Assembly: GCA_951406725.2 (NCBI GenBank)
Contig: OX597817.1
Location: 60,450,001 to 60,514,000, forward strand
Direction: 5' to 3'
DNA from: Octopus vulgaris
Taxonomy: Eukaryota
Length of the DNA: 64,000 nucleotides
Shown: positions 40,272 to 53,416 of the stretch, one piece after another
How positions within the stretch are numbered: position 1 is the first letter of the stretch
Layout of the letters: the number at the start of each line of letters is the position of its first letter
Made by a program: the position numbers and the translations under genes
The notes under the pieces: generated by a model
Seen by the model: the letters and a program-made list of their open reading frames with translations, nothing else
The model's database searches: none
What the model was told of the DNA's origin: nothing

Positions 40272-41868
40272 CTGTGGGGGACAAAAGAGTTTGCAGACCT
40301 ATTTTTTCTGAATTTCTTTATTAATTTTGCTTTATTTTTTAGTTTCACCTCTTCCATCATTTGCTGGTTGCCATTCTGTTTTTTTTCATTACTACATTTT
40401 ACGAAAAAACCCAGAATTTAATAATTGTTAAACATTTTCCTCTTTTCAGGTGAGCCAAAAGTTTATGCAGGTAACATAAATTTATTAATAATGGCTAAAG
40501 GAAAGATGTTGACAGATAGCGAGAAGGGTGAAATTGTTAAATTACTTGCTGCAAAGAAGTCTACATTAGAAATTTCAAAAAGTTTGAAACGAGATCATCG
40601 AACTGTGAAACGTTTCATTGACGGCAAAGATGGAAGAAAAAAGCACAAAAGTGGCAGAGCAAAGGTGACTTCACCACGAGATTTGAGAAAAATCAAGAGG
40701 AGTGTGCTAGCAAACCCACACAGCACAAGCAAAGCTATTTTCGACCATGCAGGAGTGTCTGACATCTCTAAAAGGACCCGAAATCGGATTTTGAAACAAA
40801 TAGCTGACCAGAGAACACCGACAAAATGTCCTCCTTTGAGTGATATCAACTGTCAGAAGCGACTAGCATGGGCCACTAAATATTTGAAAACCAATTTTCA
40901 AAATGTTCTCTGGACTGACGAGGCTAGAGCAACCCTCGACGGTCCCGACGGTTGGACCAAGGGATGGCTTCTTAAGGCAATAGCCCACGCTTGCGATTCA
41001 GACGTCAACAGGGCGGAGGGGGAGTGATGATTTGGGCTGGGATTATTGGAAGTGAGATTGTTGGTCCTTTTCTTGTCCCTGAAGGTGTCAAAATGAATTC
41101 TGTGAACTACTGCGAGTTTTTGGAAGAGAATTTATTGCCCTGGTTGAATTCACAAAATGATGCTGTTAACCAGAATCTCATTATTCAACAAGACAATGCC
41201 CCAAGCCATGCTTCTCGGTTCACAAAAGCTTGGCTTTCAGACCAGGGGATCTCTGGTGAACGTCTGATGGACTGACCACCAAAGAGCCCGGATTTGAATC
41301 CGATAGAGAACCTCTGGTCGATTCTGAAGAGGAAAGTTTACGAAAACGGGCATCAATTCAACAGTAAAAAAGATATTTGGGAGAGGATCAAGGAGGTATC
41401 TTCTGAAATCACACCTCAACAAGTGCATAAATTAACATCCTCTGTTGATAGGAGGCTGATGGATTTGATTAAGAATGAAGGAAAGCGTATAAAGGGTTAA
41501 ATTGTTTTATAAATTTGTATTGTTTTGTTAATTGTTATTTGAGCAATAACTGTTGTTTTCTTGTAATATGTTATCAATATATGGTACTATTATCATAATG
41601 ACACAATGTTTCAAATTATATTATGTTTAAAAATGTTATTTATTTCGAATAAATGAGTCTTGCAAACTCTTTTGGTCCATATTCCTTCCTGAAATTTTTT
41701 AAAAATCCATATTTTCCCCCCAGAATATGATTATTTGGTTTCTGTCTCTAGGAATTTACTTTATATATTTGCATATCGAACAATGAGTAACATAGTTATT
41801 ATATTGGAAAATATTGAAGCATAAATTTATCAATATATACAATTTGCAAACACTTTTGACCCCCACAG
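40272..41868 (+). mobile_element. Full-length Tc1-like DNA transposon, DD37E (TRT-like)
   Basis: TA duplications at 40270-40271 and 41869-41870; TIRs CTGTGGGGGACAAAAGAGTTTGCA / TGCAAACACTTTTGACCCCCACAG; transposase inside. Confidence 0.93.
40491..41500 (+). pseudogene. DD37E Tc1 transposase with two lesions
   Basis: MAKGKMLTDSEKGEI.. HTH region, WTDEARATLDGPDGW, QQDNAP, PPKSPDLNPIENLW; 37 residues between the second D and E; 1-bp frameshift at ~40976 and TGA at 41273-41275 in place of W. Confidence 0.9.
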
Positions 41869-42217
41869 TATATTGAGAGGCGGCGAGATGGAGAACCGAG
41901 ACGCTGAACTGTGTTTACATATCCTACAATCTTCTTGATATATAATGCATGGGATTAAGACAAATACTCCAGAATAAAGGTGGATTGCGCCACAGCTTTA
42001 ACTCTAATCCATTGCACGGGTGACTCCTCGCAAAATGTCTCTCAAGTTTAGGAAGCGTGCAGACATAGATTAAGCAAAAGACATTGATGCAATAACAGCT
42101 CTTTTTTTGTTTGTTTGTTATAAACCTGTGATGCAATTCCAGTTAACACTTCAGGGCAAAATGGGTAGAATCATATGCACGGAATCTGTTCCCTCTACCA
42201 TTGCTGTAAGCACATTC

Positions 42218-42616
42218 GTACATATACATACATGCCTATATTCATACATACATACATTCATACACACATAATAAATACATACATACACATACATACATAC
42301 ATACATACATAATACATAGACACATACACACATACACACATACATACATAAATACATACATACACACATACATACATACACACACATACATACATACACA
42401 TACACAGACATACATACACATATACATACATACACACATACATACATACACATACATATACACATACATACACACATACATACATACATACACACATAAT
42501 ACATACATACATACATACATAAATACATACATACATACATACACACACACATACACTCACACATACATACATACATACATACATACATACATACATACAT
42601 ACATACATACATACAT
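42218..42616. repeat. Compound (CATA)n microsatellite
   Basis: ~400 bp of CATA/CA variants. Confidence 0.95.
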
Positions 42617-43125
42617 AAAACAAAGAGTCTTCTTACTATTAATTTGTTTGTATTTACATTTTATTTTTGCCTGTCTGTTATAACCTCCTATGTTACTCAA
42701 ACGTCCGCTTCTTATTGCCTTCGCAATATTTGTGTTATCTTAGCCATATATATTTATATATGGTTGTATATAACGCATGTACATATGTGTGTTGCTAGAG
42801 TAGCACAAATATACATACATAATGTATATACCTGTCTGTATATATCTGCATATACGCATTTGTGTGCCGCTTTATGTTTTCTTGAATTCCTCACATAAGA
42901 GCAGCATTTTCTAACGAAGGGACAAAACTCTATCATAAGAATTTCGATGACAACTATAAATTTTTCGTATTGAATTTTTGAGTGTGCTATGGATAAGTAT
43001 CTATATACTGTATGTATATATATGTATGTATGTATTTATTTTATGTATACATTGATGGATGTGTGAATATTTGCATATATGAAACTGTGGGCTATATGCA
43101 TGGCTGCAGCTCTGAGCTGAAACTT

Positions 43126-43217
<92 letters not shown>

Positions 43218-43397
43218 ATATATTTATATATTTATATACATATAAGGGGGATGATCACTAAGTGGACATCCATTATGCTAGAGATAGACCCCATATGGTC
43301 TGACTACTAAGAAAAGATTGTTCTCAAGAAAATTCAGCAAACGCCAGAACCTAAGCGAGCAAGACAAATGAAAAGATACAAATTTATATATATATAA

Positions 43398-43453
<56 letters not shown>

Positions 43454-43805
43454 CATATATATATATATAGTTTCTGTGTTGGTGGTGTTTGGTGTTATTA
43501 ATTTCAGGCATGATGACATTAGCAAGATTCCGCGTAGTTTAAGATATATTTTGTAATCTGGTCTGAACAACGTCTCGTTGATAAGTAAAAGGTGTTTCTC
43601 CGATTTTCAACAAAAGTATAGCAACAGTTACAGAGTTTAGCTGCAGGAGTCGCTACAACTGTCGCAGCAAACGTTCAAAATGGTACTTCAGACAATTCTC
43701 TACGTCTTTGCTTTTGATGTTGACGGCGCCATCTATGTATATAGGTATGTATATATGAATGTATGTGCGGGCGTGTTCATGTATGTTTATATGTATGTAT
43801 ATATT

Positions 43806-43846
<41 letters not shown>

Positions 43847-44183
43847 GTATATATGTGTGTATGAATCTATGTATGTATCTATATTCACTCGTTAAAACCC
43901 TTTTTTCTTTCGATAATAGGAAATGTAATAACGGAATTGGTAAGTGTGAACATGAGTTCCACCCACATTAAACGGCTGCTGTAAACGTAGAATTATCTCG
44001 ACTTGATAAGATAACGTATGGCAGAGGCTGACACATAAAACGGTCAACCATTTATTGGAATGGAGCGAAGACATGTGGAATCAGCTGGCATGGCATGGAT
44101 ATGGAAGTAAAGACCTTTAGAATCAACGGCTGGCTTTAAAAGACATCAGTGTGGATGTGTTTAAGCTTGTCTTTGTGTGTGGA

Positions 44184-44215
<32 letters not shown>

Positions 44216-44418
44216 TACGTGTGTGCGTGTTTGTGTGTTTGTGTGTATGTATGCATGTGTGTAATGTTTGATAGTCAAGAATTTGGGTAAAAAAAATATC
44301 ACAATCTCATAATGATGCTAAATGTGGAGAGGTTTTGGAGAGGCAAAAAATTTCGGAAGAACAAAGCGGACAACAGCAATAACAACAGCAATGGCAACAA
44401 CAAAAATAACAACTACTG

Positions 44419-44481
<63 letters not shown>

Positions 44482-44639
44482 TCATCACCACCACCACCAC
44501 CACCACTGCAACTATAGTGAGCCAACAGGGGAGCCTTTTTCGTAGTCACTCCAAATGCTAAAAATAGCAGTTTATTTCATTCTACATTTTTAAAACAATG
44601 AAAGAAACATTTGAAAATGTAATCCAGAAAAATAGTAGC

Positions 44640-44810
44640 CAGGCGTGCCCTAGGGGCTGACTAAGGAGGAGATGGTTGGATAATATTCTTAATCTCAGTT
44701 GGTCGCATATGGAGACCGAGCCAGGAAGTGTAATGATGGGTGCTTTTGACCCCATGGAGGAAAGAGGACTCTTGCCCCCGTGACTCTCTCAGGAATAATG
44801 GGTGGGAGAA
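44640..44810 (+). mobile_element. RTE/Expander-like LINE 3' fragment
   Basis: PRG..RRRWLDNILNLSWSHMETEP..LLPP resembles the Expander C-terminus RPRGRPRTRW..LLPPRP. Confidence 0.55.
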
Positions 44811-45105
44811 AAAAGGTTGAATGGATATTTCTTAAACCATATCCTGTAATCTTTAAAGCCGAAGGACACACCGGAGAGTGTAGTCTTTGACTAAATATAA
44901 TTGAATAAAGAACGGATGATCAGGGTGGGAACGTGTTTAATTAAGTCTGCTGGATCAGAATTGGTCTAGAAGTAAACACCAACATCATCGATCGTAACAT
45001 CAACAAAAGCCCGTAATTGAAATCACCTGGTGATCATCAGTTAACGGTGTGAAACCGCGCTATGCATATAATGGTATAATCCGCCCCCACGCCATTTATT
45101 TTAAT

Positions 45106-45325
45106 ACTCTTTACTCTCTTTTACTCTTTTACTTGTTTCAGTCATTTTGACTGCGGCCATGCTGGAGCACTGCCTTTAGTCGAGCAAATCGACCCCGGGA
45201 CTTATTCTTTGTAAGCCCAGTGCTTATTCTATCGGTCTCTTTTGCCGAACCGCTAAGTGACGGGGACGTGAACACACCAGCATCGGTTGTCAAGCAATGC
45301 TAGGGGGACAAACACAGACACACAA

Positions 45326-45356
<31 letters not shown>

Positions 45357-45526
45357 CATATATACGACAGGCTTCTTTCAGTTTCCGTCTACCAAATCCA
45401 CTCACAAGGCATTGGTCGGTCCGGGGCTATAGCAGAAGACACTTGCCCAAGATGCCACGCAGTGGGACTGAACCCAGAACCATATGGTTGGTTAGCAAGC
45501 TACTTACCACACAGCCACTCCTGCGC
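45106..45526 (-). mobile_element. SINE family A, well-preserved full-length copy
   Basis: Complete head, internal (TA)/(TG) tract and (AAAAGAGT)n-like tail. Confidence 0.9.
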
Positions 45527-46259
45527 ATTTTTCTTCAAGAACTTTAACAAATCCTACAATAACGTGTTTCCCTTCATATAAGATATGCATCTATGAAGTG
45601 ACTTTGTTTTACAAGAGCGAGCAATGACTCAAACAGTTTCTTATAATCTCGCCATACAACAGATTTCGACGGTTTTGCTTTGCTTCCTTAAAAACAGCTT
45701 TGTTGGTGCTTCTTGCAACCTTGATGGTAGAGATAGTAGAGATCATTGATGTACTAAACTTGCTGACAAAAAATAAGGACTAAGATAAATAAATAAAACA
45801 ACAATGAACGTATTTATCTGACAACCCAACAGATATCCATACGCCATTTTTGCAGACTTCGCTACAAATGCTTATTGAGCAAGCAAGGATATACCTCATA
45901 AGTTAATGCTACGAATCATCTAACGTTTCGGATATTCCACCTGCTTCAGAGTGAAGGAATAAGAGCTTCCCGAACTTTATTCGTTTCCTTCGCTTCATTC
46001 TCTTTCCGAATGTAAGGTCGTCATGCGAAATACACACGCACTGATATTCTTTTTTCCTTTTAAATCTTAGAGTGAATTTAGAATACTTTTTATTTAGAAT
46101 ACTCTCTCAACACGTGTTACCTGCTTCTCTTCTGGTCTATGGTATTCAGCCCTTTAAGCTTTCTGTGAAACGATTACATCTTTTAAATTTGTAGAGTTCC
46201 TTCTTTTCATTCTTTGTAGTCCCTTACACCAAACAAAATTTCATTTACTTATTTATTGT

Positions 46260-46442
46260 AAAAAAACAAAAACAAAAAAATGCTTCGCTTGTCTCAGTAT
46301 ATTGTATAACCCTAGACTCCCATTTATATGCAACTAAGATGTATATAACTATATATACTCGCAGCATGGTTTTTTGGAATCTCATTTCGTAATGCTCGTT
46401 TCGTATGTATGAATGAGCCCTGGTGGCAAAATAAAAGAAAGA
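46260..46442 (+). mobile_element. Probable Tx1-like 3' UTR fragment
   Basis: Ends GAGCCCTGGTGGCAAAATAAAAGAAA, like the Tx1 3' ends at ~20040 and ~32430; followed by (CTA)n. Confidence 0.55.
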
Positions 46443-46443
46443 G

Positions 46444-46505
<62 letters not shown>

Positions 46506-46681
46506 GATGTTGTTGTTCAAAGACTTCACCTGTTTTTAATTATACATGTTAGTTCTGTTCTACGTGAAGTCAGTAAAAAGATACGTGTTTATGTTAGTTT
46601 TAGTGTTGTTATATGTAGGTTTTTGAATATCTTCATCATATTACCTACATGAATATGTGTGCATCTGGGTCTAAAGGCGTG

Positions 46682-46731
<50 letters not shown>

Positions 46732-46954
46732 TTTTGAATTTGTATATGTATGTATGTATCTTGAGTCAGTGTATGTAATATTCGTCTATTTTGTGTATAT
46801 TACGTATGCAGAGATTCATGCATATATATGTGCATATATATATGTATGTATGTATATATATATATATGTGTGTGTGTATATATATGTGTGTATGTATATA
46901 TACGTACATACATCTGCTTATATATCAATGTTATTTAACTACATGCTATATATT

Positions 46955-46999
<45 letters not shown>

Positions 47000-47047
47000 C
47001 TCTGTCAACCTAACAATCTATATAATGCACGTATATTTATATGAGAG

Positions 47048-47090
<43 letters not shown>

Positions 47091-47662
47091 AACAGTAAAG
47101 AGAAAGAGCCATATGCATTTAGTAAAGAAGTGCCAGCATGCAGCGAGTCTCGTCGCACACGTGCTTCGATCTGTGACTATTTATTCAAACCTTCTTACTC
47201 ATCTCTATTTACACAACAAATTATAAACAGGGCAACATTTTACGTGTCAAAAGCCTCCTCCACTAATGGACATTCCCTCACTCAACTTCACTCCCGGTGA
47301 TGCACTTTGGCTCCAATTTCCCTCCCTCCCCTCCCCTCCCCCTTCCTTTTTTTTTCACTTAATGTACTTTCATCCATTTCTTATTGTTGTTTCATTTTCC
47401 TATTTCTTTGCTAAGCTTTTCGATGTAGCTTTTATTTTCTTTCTATAGTCCAGGTCATTAGTTCTTGTTTACCTGGTGAACAGAGGCATATACATACCTA
47501 TCTATACCTACATCGCCAACAACTAACCGGCTTCTCCATCGGCACACCAATATTACAGCTCACCACCACCACCACCACCACCATCATCCCCACCCACTTG
47601 ATTACAACTACTACCACTCCCACTACCACCACCCGACTCCTGGAAAGCGTATTGTTGCACGG

Positions 47663-48042
47663 GGAGGTGCAATGGCCCAGTGGTTAGGGCAGCGGACTCG
47701 CGGTCATAGGATCGCGGTTTCGATTCCCAGACCGGGCGTTGTGAGTGTTTATTGAGCGAAAACACCTAAAGCTCCACGAGGCTCCGGCAGGGGATGGTGG
47801 TGATCCCTGCTGTACTCTTTCACCACGACTTTCTCTCACTCTTACTTCCTGTCTCTGTTGTACCTGTATTTCAAAGGGACGGCCTTGTCATTCTCTGTGT
47901 CACGCTGAATATCCCCGAGAACTACGTTGAGGATACACGTGTCTGTGGAGTGCTCAGCCACTTACACGTTAATTTCACGAGCAGGCTGTTCCGTTGATTC
48001 GGATCAACCGGAACCCTCGTCGTCGTAACCGACGGAGTGCTT
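47663..48042 (+). mobile_element. SINE family C (tRNA-Arg(TCG)-derived, octopus OR-type), tail type 1
   Basis: GGAGGTGCAATGGCCCAGTGGTTAGGGCAGCGGAC-TCG-CGGTC..GGTTTCGATTCCC with A and B boxes, followed by a non-tRNA body. Confidence 0.85.
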
Positions 48043-48112
48043 CCAGTCCATTGTTGCACGAAACCGCCACCATCACCACCCCACACATCGTTTTTGCGTT
48101 CGCAAATACAGT

Positions 48113-48271
48113 CGCGGGCATGGCAGTGTGGCTACGAAGCTTCTTTGGCTCACATGCATTTGCGTTCAGTCCCACGGCTTGGCATTTTAGACAAGAGTCT
48201 TTTAGTCTGGCTCTGGGTCGACCAATGCCTTGTGAGTCAATCTGGTGGATGGAAACTGTGTGGAAACTCGT

Positions 48272-48272
<1 letters not shown>
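48113..48272 (+). mobile_element. SINE family A head, diverged
   Basis: GGCATGGCAGTGTGG..GTTCAGTCCCAC..GACCAATGCCTTGTGAG..GGAAACTG. Confidence 0.65.
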
Positions 48273-48338
<66 letters not shown>

Positions 48339-48483
48339 ATATATATGTGTGTGTGTGGATATACGATGACGGATTAACTGACCGAAAGTTCGAAGTCACT
48401 GTCAACAATATTCTTGGGGAATAATAAAACTGCACTCCACGAAAATTGTTTTTATTATACTTAACCATTCAAAACAAGCAACC

Positions 48484-48525
<42 letters not shown>

Positions 48526-48530
48526 GCACG

Positions 48531-48600
<70 letters not shown>

Positions 48601-48629
48601 CATATATGTGAGTGTATGTTTGCGCATAT

Positions 48630-49050
48630 GTTGTGGTAGCCCCCGTCTGGGAATTTCAGTTTTGAGGAGTGTGGAACAACCCCCAAAGCCACTACTGTTT
48701 TACACAGACCCTCTTACCCGGATTAGTAGCTCCTGTCAAGATGGCAGCTATGGAGGGATTAGTGTATTAGGGCTTGAGATTATCTATGCGCCTGAAGACT
48801 GGATCCTGTAGACTCTGCGGATGAAAGGTTCTTTGTTGAACGGAGGAGACAGCTGCAGAGATGAAGATGAGGCAAGACATCTGGGTCATCCACTTCACCC
48901 GTCTCCATTCTCAGTCGTCTTGACCTTGTCTGGCCACAGGATTAAAGATGGTCAAGGAATTAGGAGTGAGACTGACGAAGCGCAGCTCATTTTCTTGAAG
49001 GACGTCTAGATGGTCCTTGTCGTTCCGACAGACGAACATGAGGATGATGC
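48630..49050 (+). mobile_element. Probable RTE LINE 5' region with a Ceph-domain-like motif
   Basis: TTTGAGGAGTGTGGAACAACCCC..GCCACTACT..CTCTTACCCGGATTAGTAGCTCCTGTCAAGATGGCAGCTATGG resembles the cephalopod Ceph domain as I recall it. Confidence 0.4.
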
Positions 49051-49059
49051 CCCCTTCAC

Positions 49060-49238
49060 TGTCTAACAATCGGTGTTGGCTTGTTTACGTCCCCCGATTC
49101 GGTTAAAGAGACCGATAGAACAAGTACCAGATTTATCTAAATAAATACTGGGGTCGACTGTTGGACTCCATCCTTAAACACGATGCCCAAGCATGGTCGC
49201 ATTCCAGTGATTGAAACGGATAAAAGTTATCAACGACG

Positions 49239-49274
<36 letters not shown>

Positions 49275-49880
49275 GAGTCATTATTTAGCGGCCGAGGTAA
49301 GAACCATCATGAATCCAACAGCTGGTCGCACTCGCTAATTCCTTTAACTAAGAACAATTATACAAATGTGGAGGAGGCAATACTTGGTCGATATTTTGAT
49401 ATCATTTACTGAAAAAGGATAAAAGACAATGTCGACTTGAAAAGCATTTGAACTCAGAGCGTAAAGTGTCATATCTAAATGACACTTTACATAGACGCAG
49501 GCATCGCTTTGCAAGCTCAAAGTTCCAGGTTCAGTCCCACTGCTTGGCGCCTCCTCGGACAAATATCTTCTACTATAGAACCGGGCTAAACAATGCCTTC
49601 TGAATGAATTTTGTAAACGGAAACTGTGTTAAAGCCGGTGATATCTATTTGTATTTTTGAGCGTGTTTTTGTATTTGTGTTTGTCCCCGCCGCTGCTTGA
49701 AACCGGTGTTGCTTTGTTTACGTCTCCGTATTTTAGCAGTTCAGCAAATGAAAATCGATAGAATAAGTGCCATGTTTGAAAATAATAGGGCCGATTTGTT
49801 CGGCTACAGCCGTTTAAGTAGGTGCCCCAGCATGACCGCAGTCCAATGACTATAGCAATTAAAACATAAAATATAAAAGG
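49060..49880 (+). mobile_element. Cluster of decayed SINEs (family A at 49060-49230 and 49510-49880; family B fragment on the minus strand at ~49370-49465)
   Basis: Diagnostic family A and B blocks. Confidence 0.65.
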
Positions 49881-50256
49881 CGGGTAACAGCGTGGTAGAA
49901 ACGCTTCGGTGCCGGATTAAATGTGAGTGTCGGATTAAATGCTTTCTTACATTGAATTTGTGAACTTTAGGGGCGAATGAGAGTACTTAGATCCTTTTTC
50001 ACAAAATATACGACCCAGCAGCACCGAGAAGGAAACGAAATACCAGCACGAAGTGATTTTTGTGAGAAACGCATGCGAATGTCCAGAATTGATATCACGA
50101 AACGTTCACTTCAATCTATTTTCAGTTTCTTTTCATTTGTATTTCAGAGAGATTAAGTCGTGTTTTTTAAGCAATTGTAACCGGTGGAATATCTTGATAA
50201 AAATGTTAATAACCTTTTTCTTTTATCCATGATAACGTTCCCAAAATAGTTTCTTA

Positions 50257-50314
<58 letters not shown>

Positions 50315-50896
50315 ATAAATATTTTATATATAAAGAACGTGAAATACAGGAAGGGACAAACACGGAACACAGACAAATCATTCGAAGCCTTCAATCTTCA
50401 GTCAGACACCGAATCATCATAGCAAATTTCGGCTGTTCAATTCTGATATTTGCTCCAACTCGGCCAGCCCCAAGAAAAAAAAATAAGCTGTAAGCATTAG
50501 ATTTCTTGGTAGAAGACAGGAATGTGAACGCACGAGACGGATGTAAATACGAGAGACGAAAACGAAATTGAAAACGGTAACGGTTAAACAAAATATAATA
50601 TAACGGTGGTTGTCATACGACTTTAGACCAAATGAGACAAAAACAACAACAACATAGCAGCTGGCGTAGAAATAATTACCTTTTCGGTAGAGGGGACAAA
50701 TACAGATGTTGGCGAGATACGATCGCCAACGAAATGGTGGAGAAGCAGCAGGTTGCAGGGGAGAGAGAGAAAGAGAGACAGAGAGAGAGAGGGAATCAAA
50801 GAGGGTGGAAGGCAGGGGACAGAATCAGTCAGAGACCAAGAGAAAAAGAGAGAGAAGGGATTGAGGAGGATGGGAGGAAGAGGGGGGAAGAAAATA

Positions 50897-50953
<57 letters not shown>

Positions 50954-52219
50954 ATATATATATATACGCATGTCTGTCTGTCTGCCTGTATATATCTATA
51001 TCTATATATATCTATATATATATTATATATTGTTTTATATATATATATACATACAAATTTAAAGCATACACAGTAAAAGAGAACTCAATATCATATGAAA
51101 TGGAAAGTTCGAGAACAAAGCAGTTCCTCTACTCTTTCCACGAGTCGCTGTCTTTTATATACTGACAAAAGGCCGTAATACTGAACAGATGTAAAGCTTC
51201 GTCTCACTACTTAAATACACGATCGGAATTTTTGGGCAGATGCCGCCACTTTCACAAATATTTATGAAAATGTTGGCAACCTGCAACACCAGCAGATATC
51301 TGCAAAACTCTTCTTTTTTTTTTTTGGAGATGCAAATGTCAGGATCTCCCATATTTCTGTATACACACTTACGTCAGTTGTGGAATTGCAAACATTCTAA
51401 TTTTACCCATTTATTACCAGTTCATACAGTATATAAGACCAGCCATCCGCCCATCTTTGGCTTGACTTGAAACTCAGCTATATTACTTTAAACAACACAG
51501 TAAGAGGTAACATAACATGTCAGTTGTAAGGAAAATAACCTCAACAAATTAGCCACAGGTTTTTCCTCTTTTGCGTTATTATATGCAAGACAGTAAGTAG
51601 CCACTCACTCAATTGCGGTTTCATAGATTCGAGATTCAACGGATAACTATCTATAAGATGTAACGGATGAGTATCCATGAGATTTTTATGCTATTCAATT
51701 GGTGAATCTATAAGTAACAAATATATCCATCACGTAAAGTATAATTACTCTGTTCTCAGGACGGATCAGTTGTAACGATATACGAATAGCACATTCCAAC
51801 AGTTTCAAATCAGCGTATGTCTTCGGCTTTTTAGGGGCCACGTTTCTGAGGCGTACATTGTGATAGAGAAAATAAGGGCTGTGTAAAGACTAACTTCGTG
51901 TAGATGGCTGATATCCCTTCTATTTCGAGGTCATACTTCTGTCCAGAGTTACCTCTCTTTGGGTTTTCCCCATTGATAACGGCCAAAGAGCTAGAAACGC
52001 GCCTGGGAATCCGACAGTAGGCAACACTAGAACGATATGGTATTTTTATACATTTTTACATAAAGAAAGGGTTTTCTGCAGTGAATTTGCCTTTCGAAGT
52101 TCAAATATATGACAAACATATTTTAAATAAACCTAAAGTTCGCTTATGCCTAAACATTGCTTCGCATTGATATTACTGTACTCTATATATATATATATAT
52201 ACACACACACATATTTATC

Positions 52220-52507
52220 TCATGATCACATGACCGACCAGACCATCAGATGTTGTTACACATCGCTGGTCACAATGCGTTCGCATTGTTTTAGCCTTTG
52301 AATGACGCCACCCCGCTGGCTAAGCGAGCAGGCCAACAGAAGAAAGAGTGGTGAAAGAGTACAGCAGAGATCACCACCCCCTGCCGGAGCGTCGTGGAGC
52401 TTTTAGGTGTTTCCGCTCAATAAACACTCACAACGCCCGGCCTGGGAATCGAAACCGCGATCCTACGACCGCGAGTCCGCTGCCCTAACCACTGAGCCAT
52501 TGCACCT

Positions 52508-52509
<2 letters not shown>
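52220..52509 (-). mobile_element. SINE family C (tRNA-Arg-derived), tail type 2
   Basis: First ~160 nt near-identical to the 47663 copy, then a different 3' part shared with 33963-34083. Confidence 0.85.
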
Positions 52510-52564
<55 letters not shown>

Positions 52565-52903
52565 CATACATACATACATATATAGATACTTACATGCATA
52601 CATACACACATATATGTATGTGGGTGTGTGTATTTTTGTGTGTGTGTGTATGTGGAGAGGGAGAGAATGATAAGTAGTAAGAGAGACGGACGTATGTATG
52701 TATGTTTCGTATGCACCCGTAATGAGTGTGGGGAGAGTTTGTAAAGTGCTTTTATGTTGAAAGAAACGCATTTTAAATTCTCATGAGGAACTGAACTGAA
52801 AACCCCAAAATAAAAGAAAAGGAACATCATGGACATTTTAGTGTGAGGCAACGTGAAGTAAAAGCAGGCATTTCAAATTTGTTGAGTAATTTGTGCGGTT
52901 CAG

Positions 52904-52958
<55 letters not shown>

Positions 52959-53103
52959 CTCTACTTACTTATTTATCTATCTGTCTATCTGTCTGTCCTC
53001 CTCTGTGTGTGTATATATAAATATATATTACATAATATATTATATAATATATTTATGATATGTATATGCATATGTCACTATCATCTATCTATATACATAG
53101 ACA

Positions 53104-53179
<76 letters not shown>

Positions 53180-53260
53180 CGCGTGTTTGTGTGTGTATCT
53201 ACTGCCAAATTTATGCTTATTTTCCAGCTATATACATATCATACATTCATATATACATTC

Positions 53261-53298
<38 letters not shown>

Positions 53299-53316
53299 TT
53301 TCACAACACAAAGGCA

Positions 53317-53416
<100 letters not shown>

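Noticed and set aside
41924-42136. Minus-strand ORF loosely like an RLE domain (NKQKKSCYCINVFC)
   Set aside because: The catalytic PD..D/E residues are not recognisable; too weak to call.
47663-47740. tRNA-Arg gene
   Set aside because: It continues into a repeated non-tRNA body, the acceptor stem is poor and there is no Pol III terminator; it is a SINE head.
50370-50480. Minus-strand CTGAAGA..GAA hammerhead-like text
   Set aside because: The GAAA box and stem III are absent.
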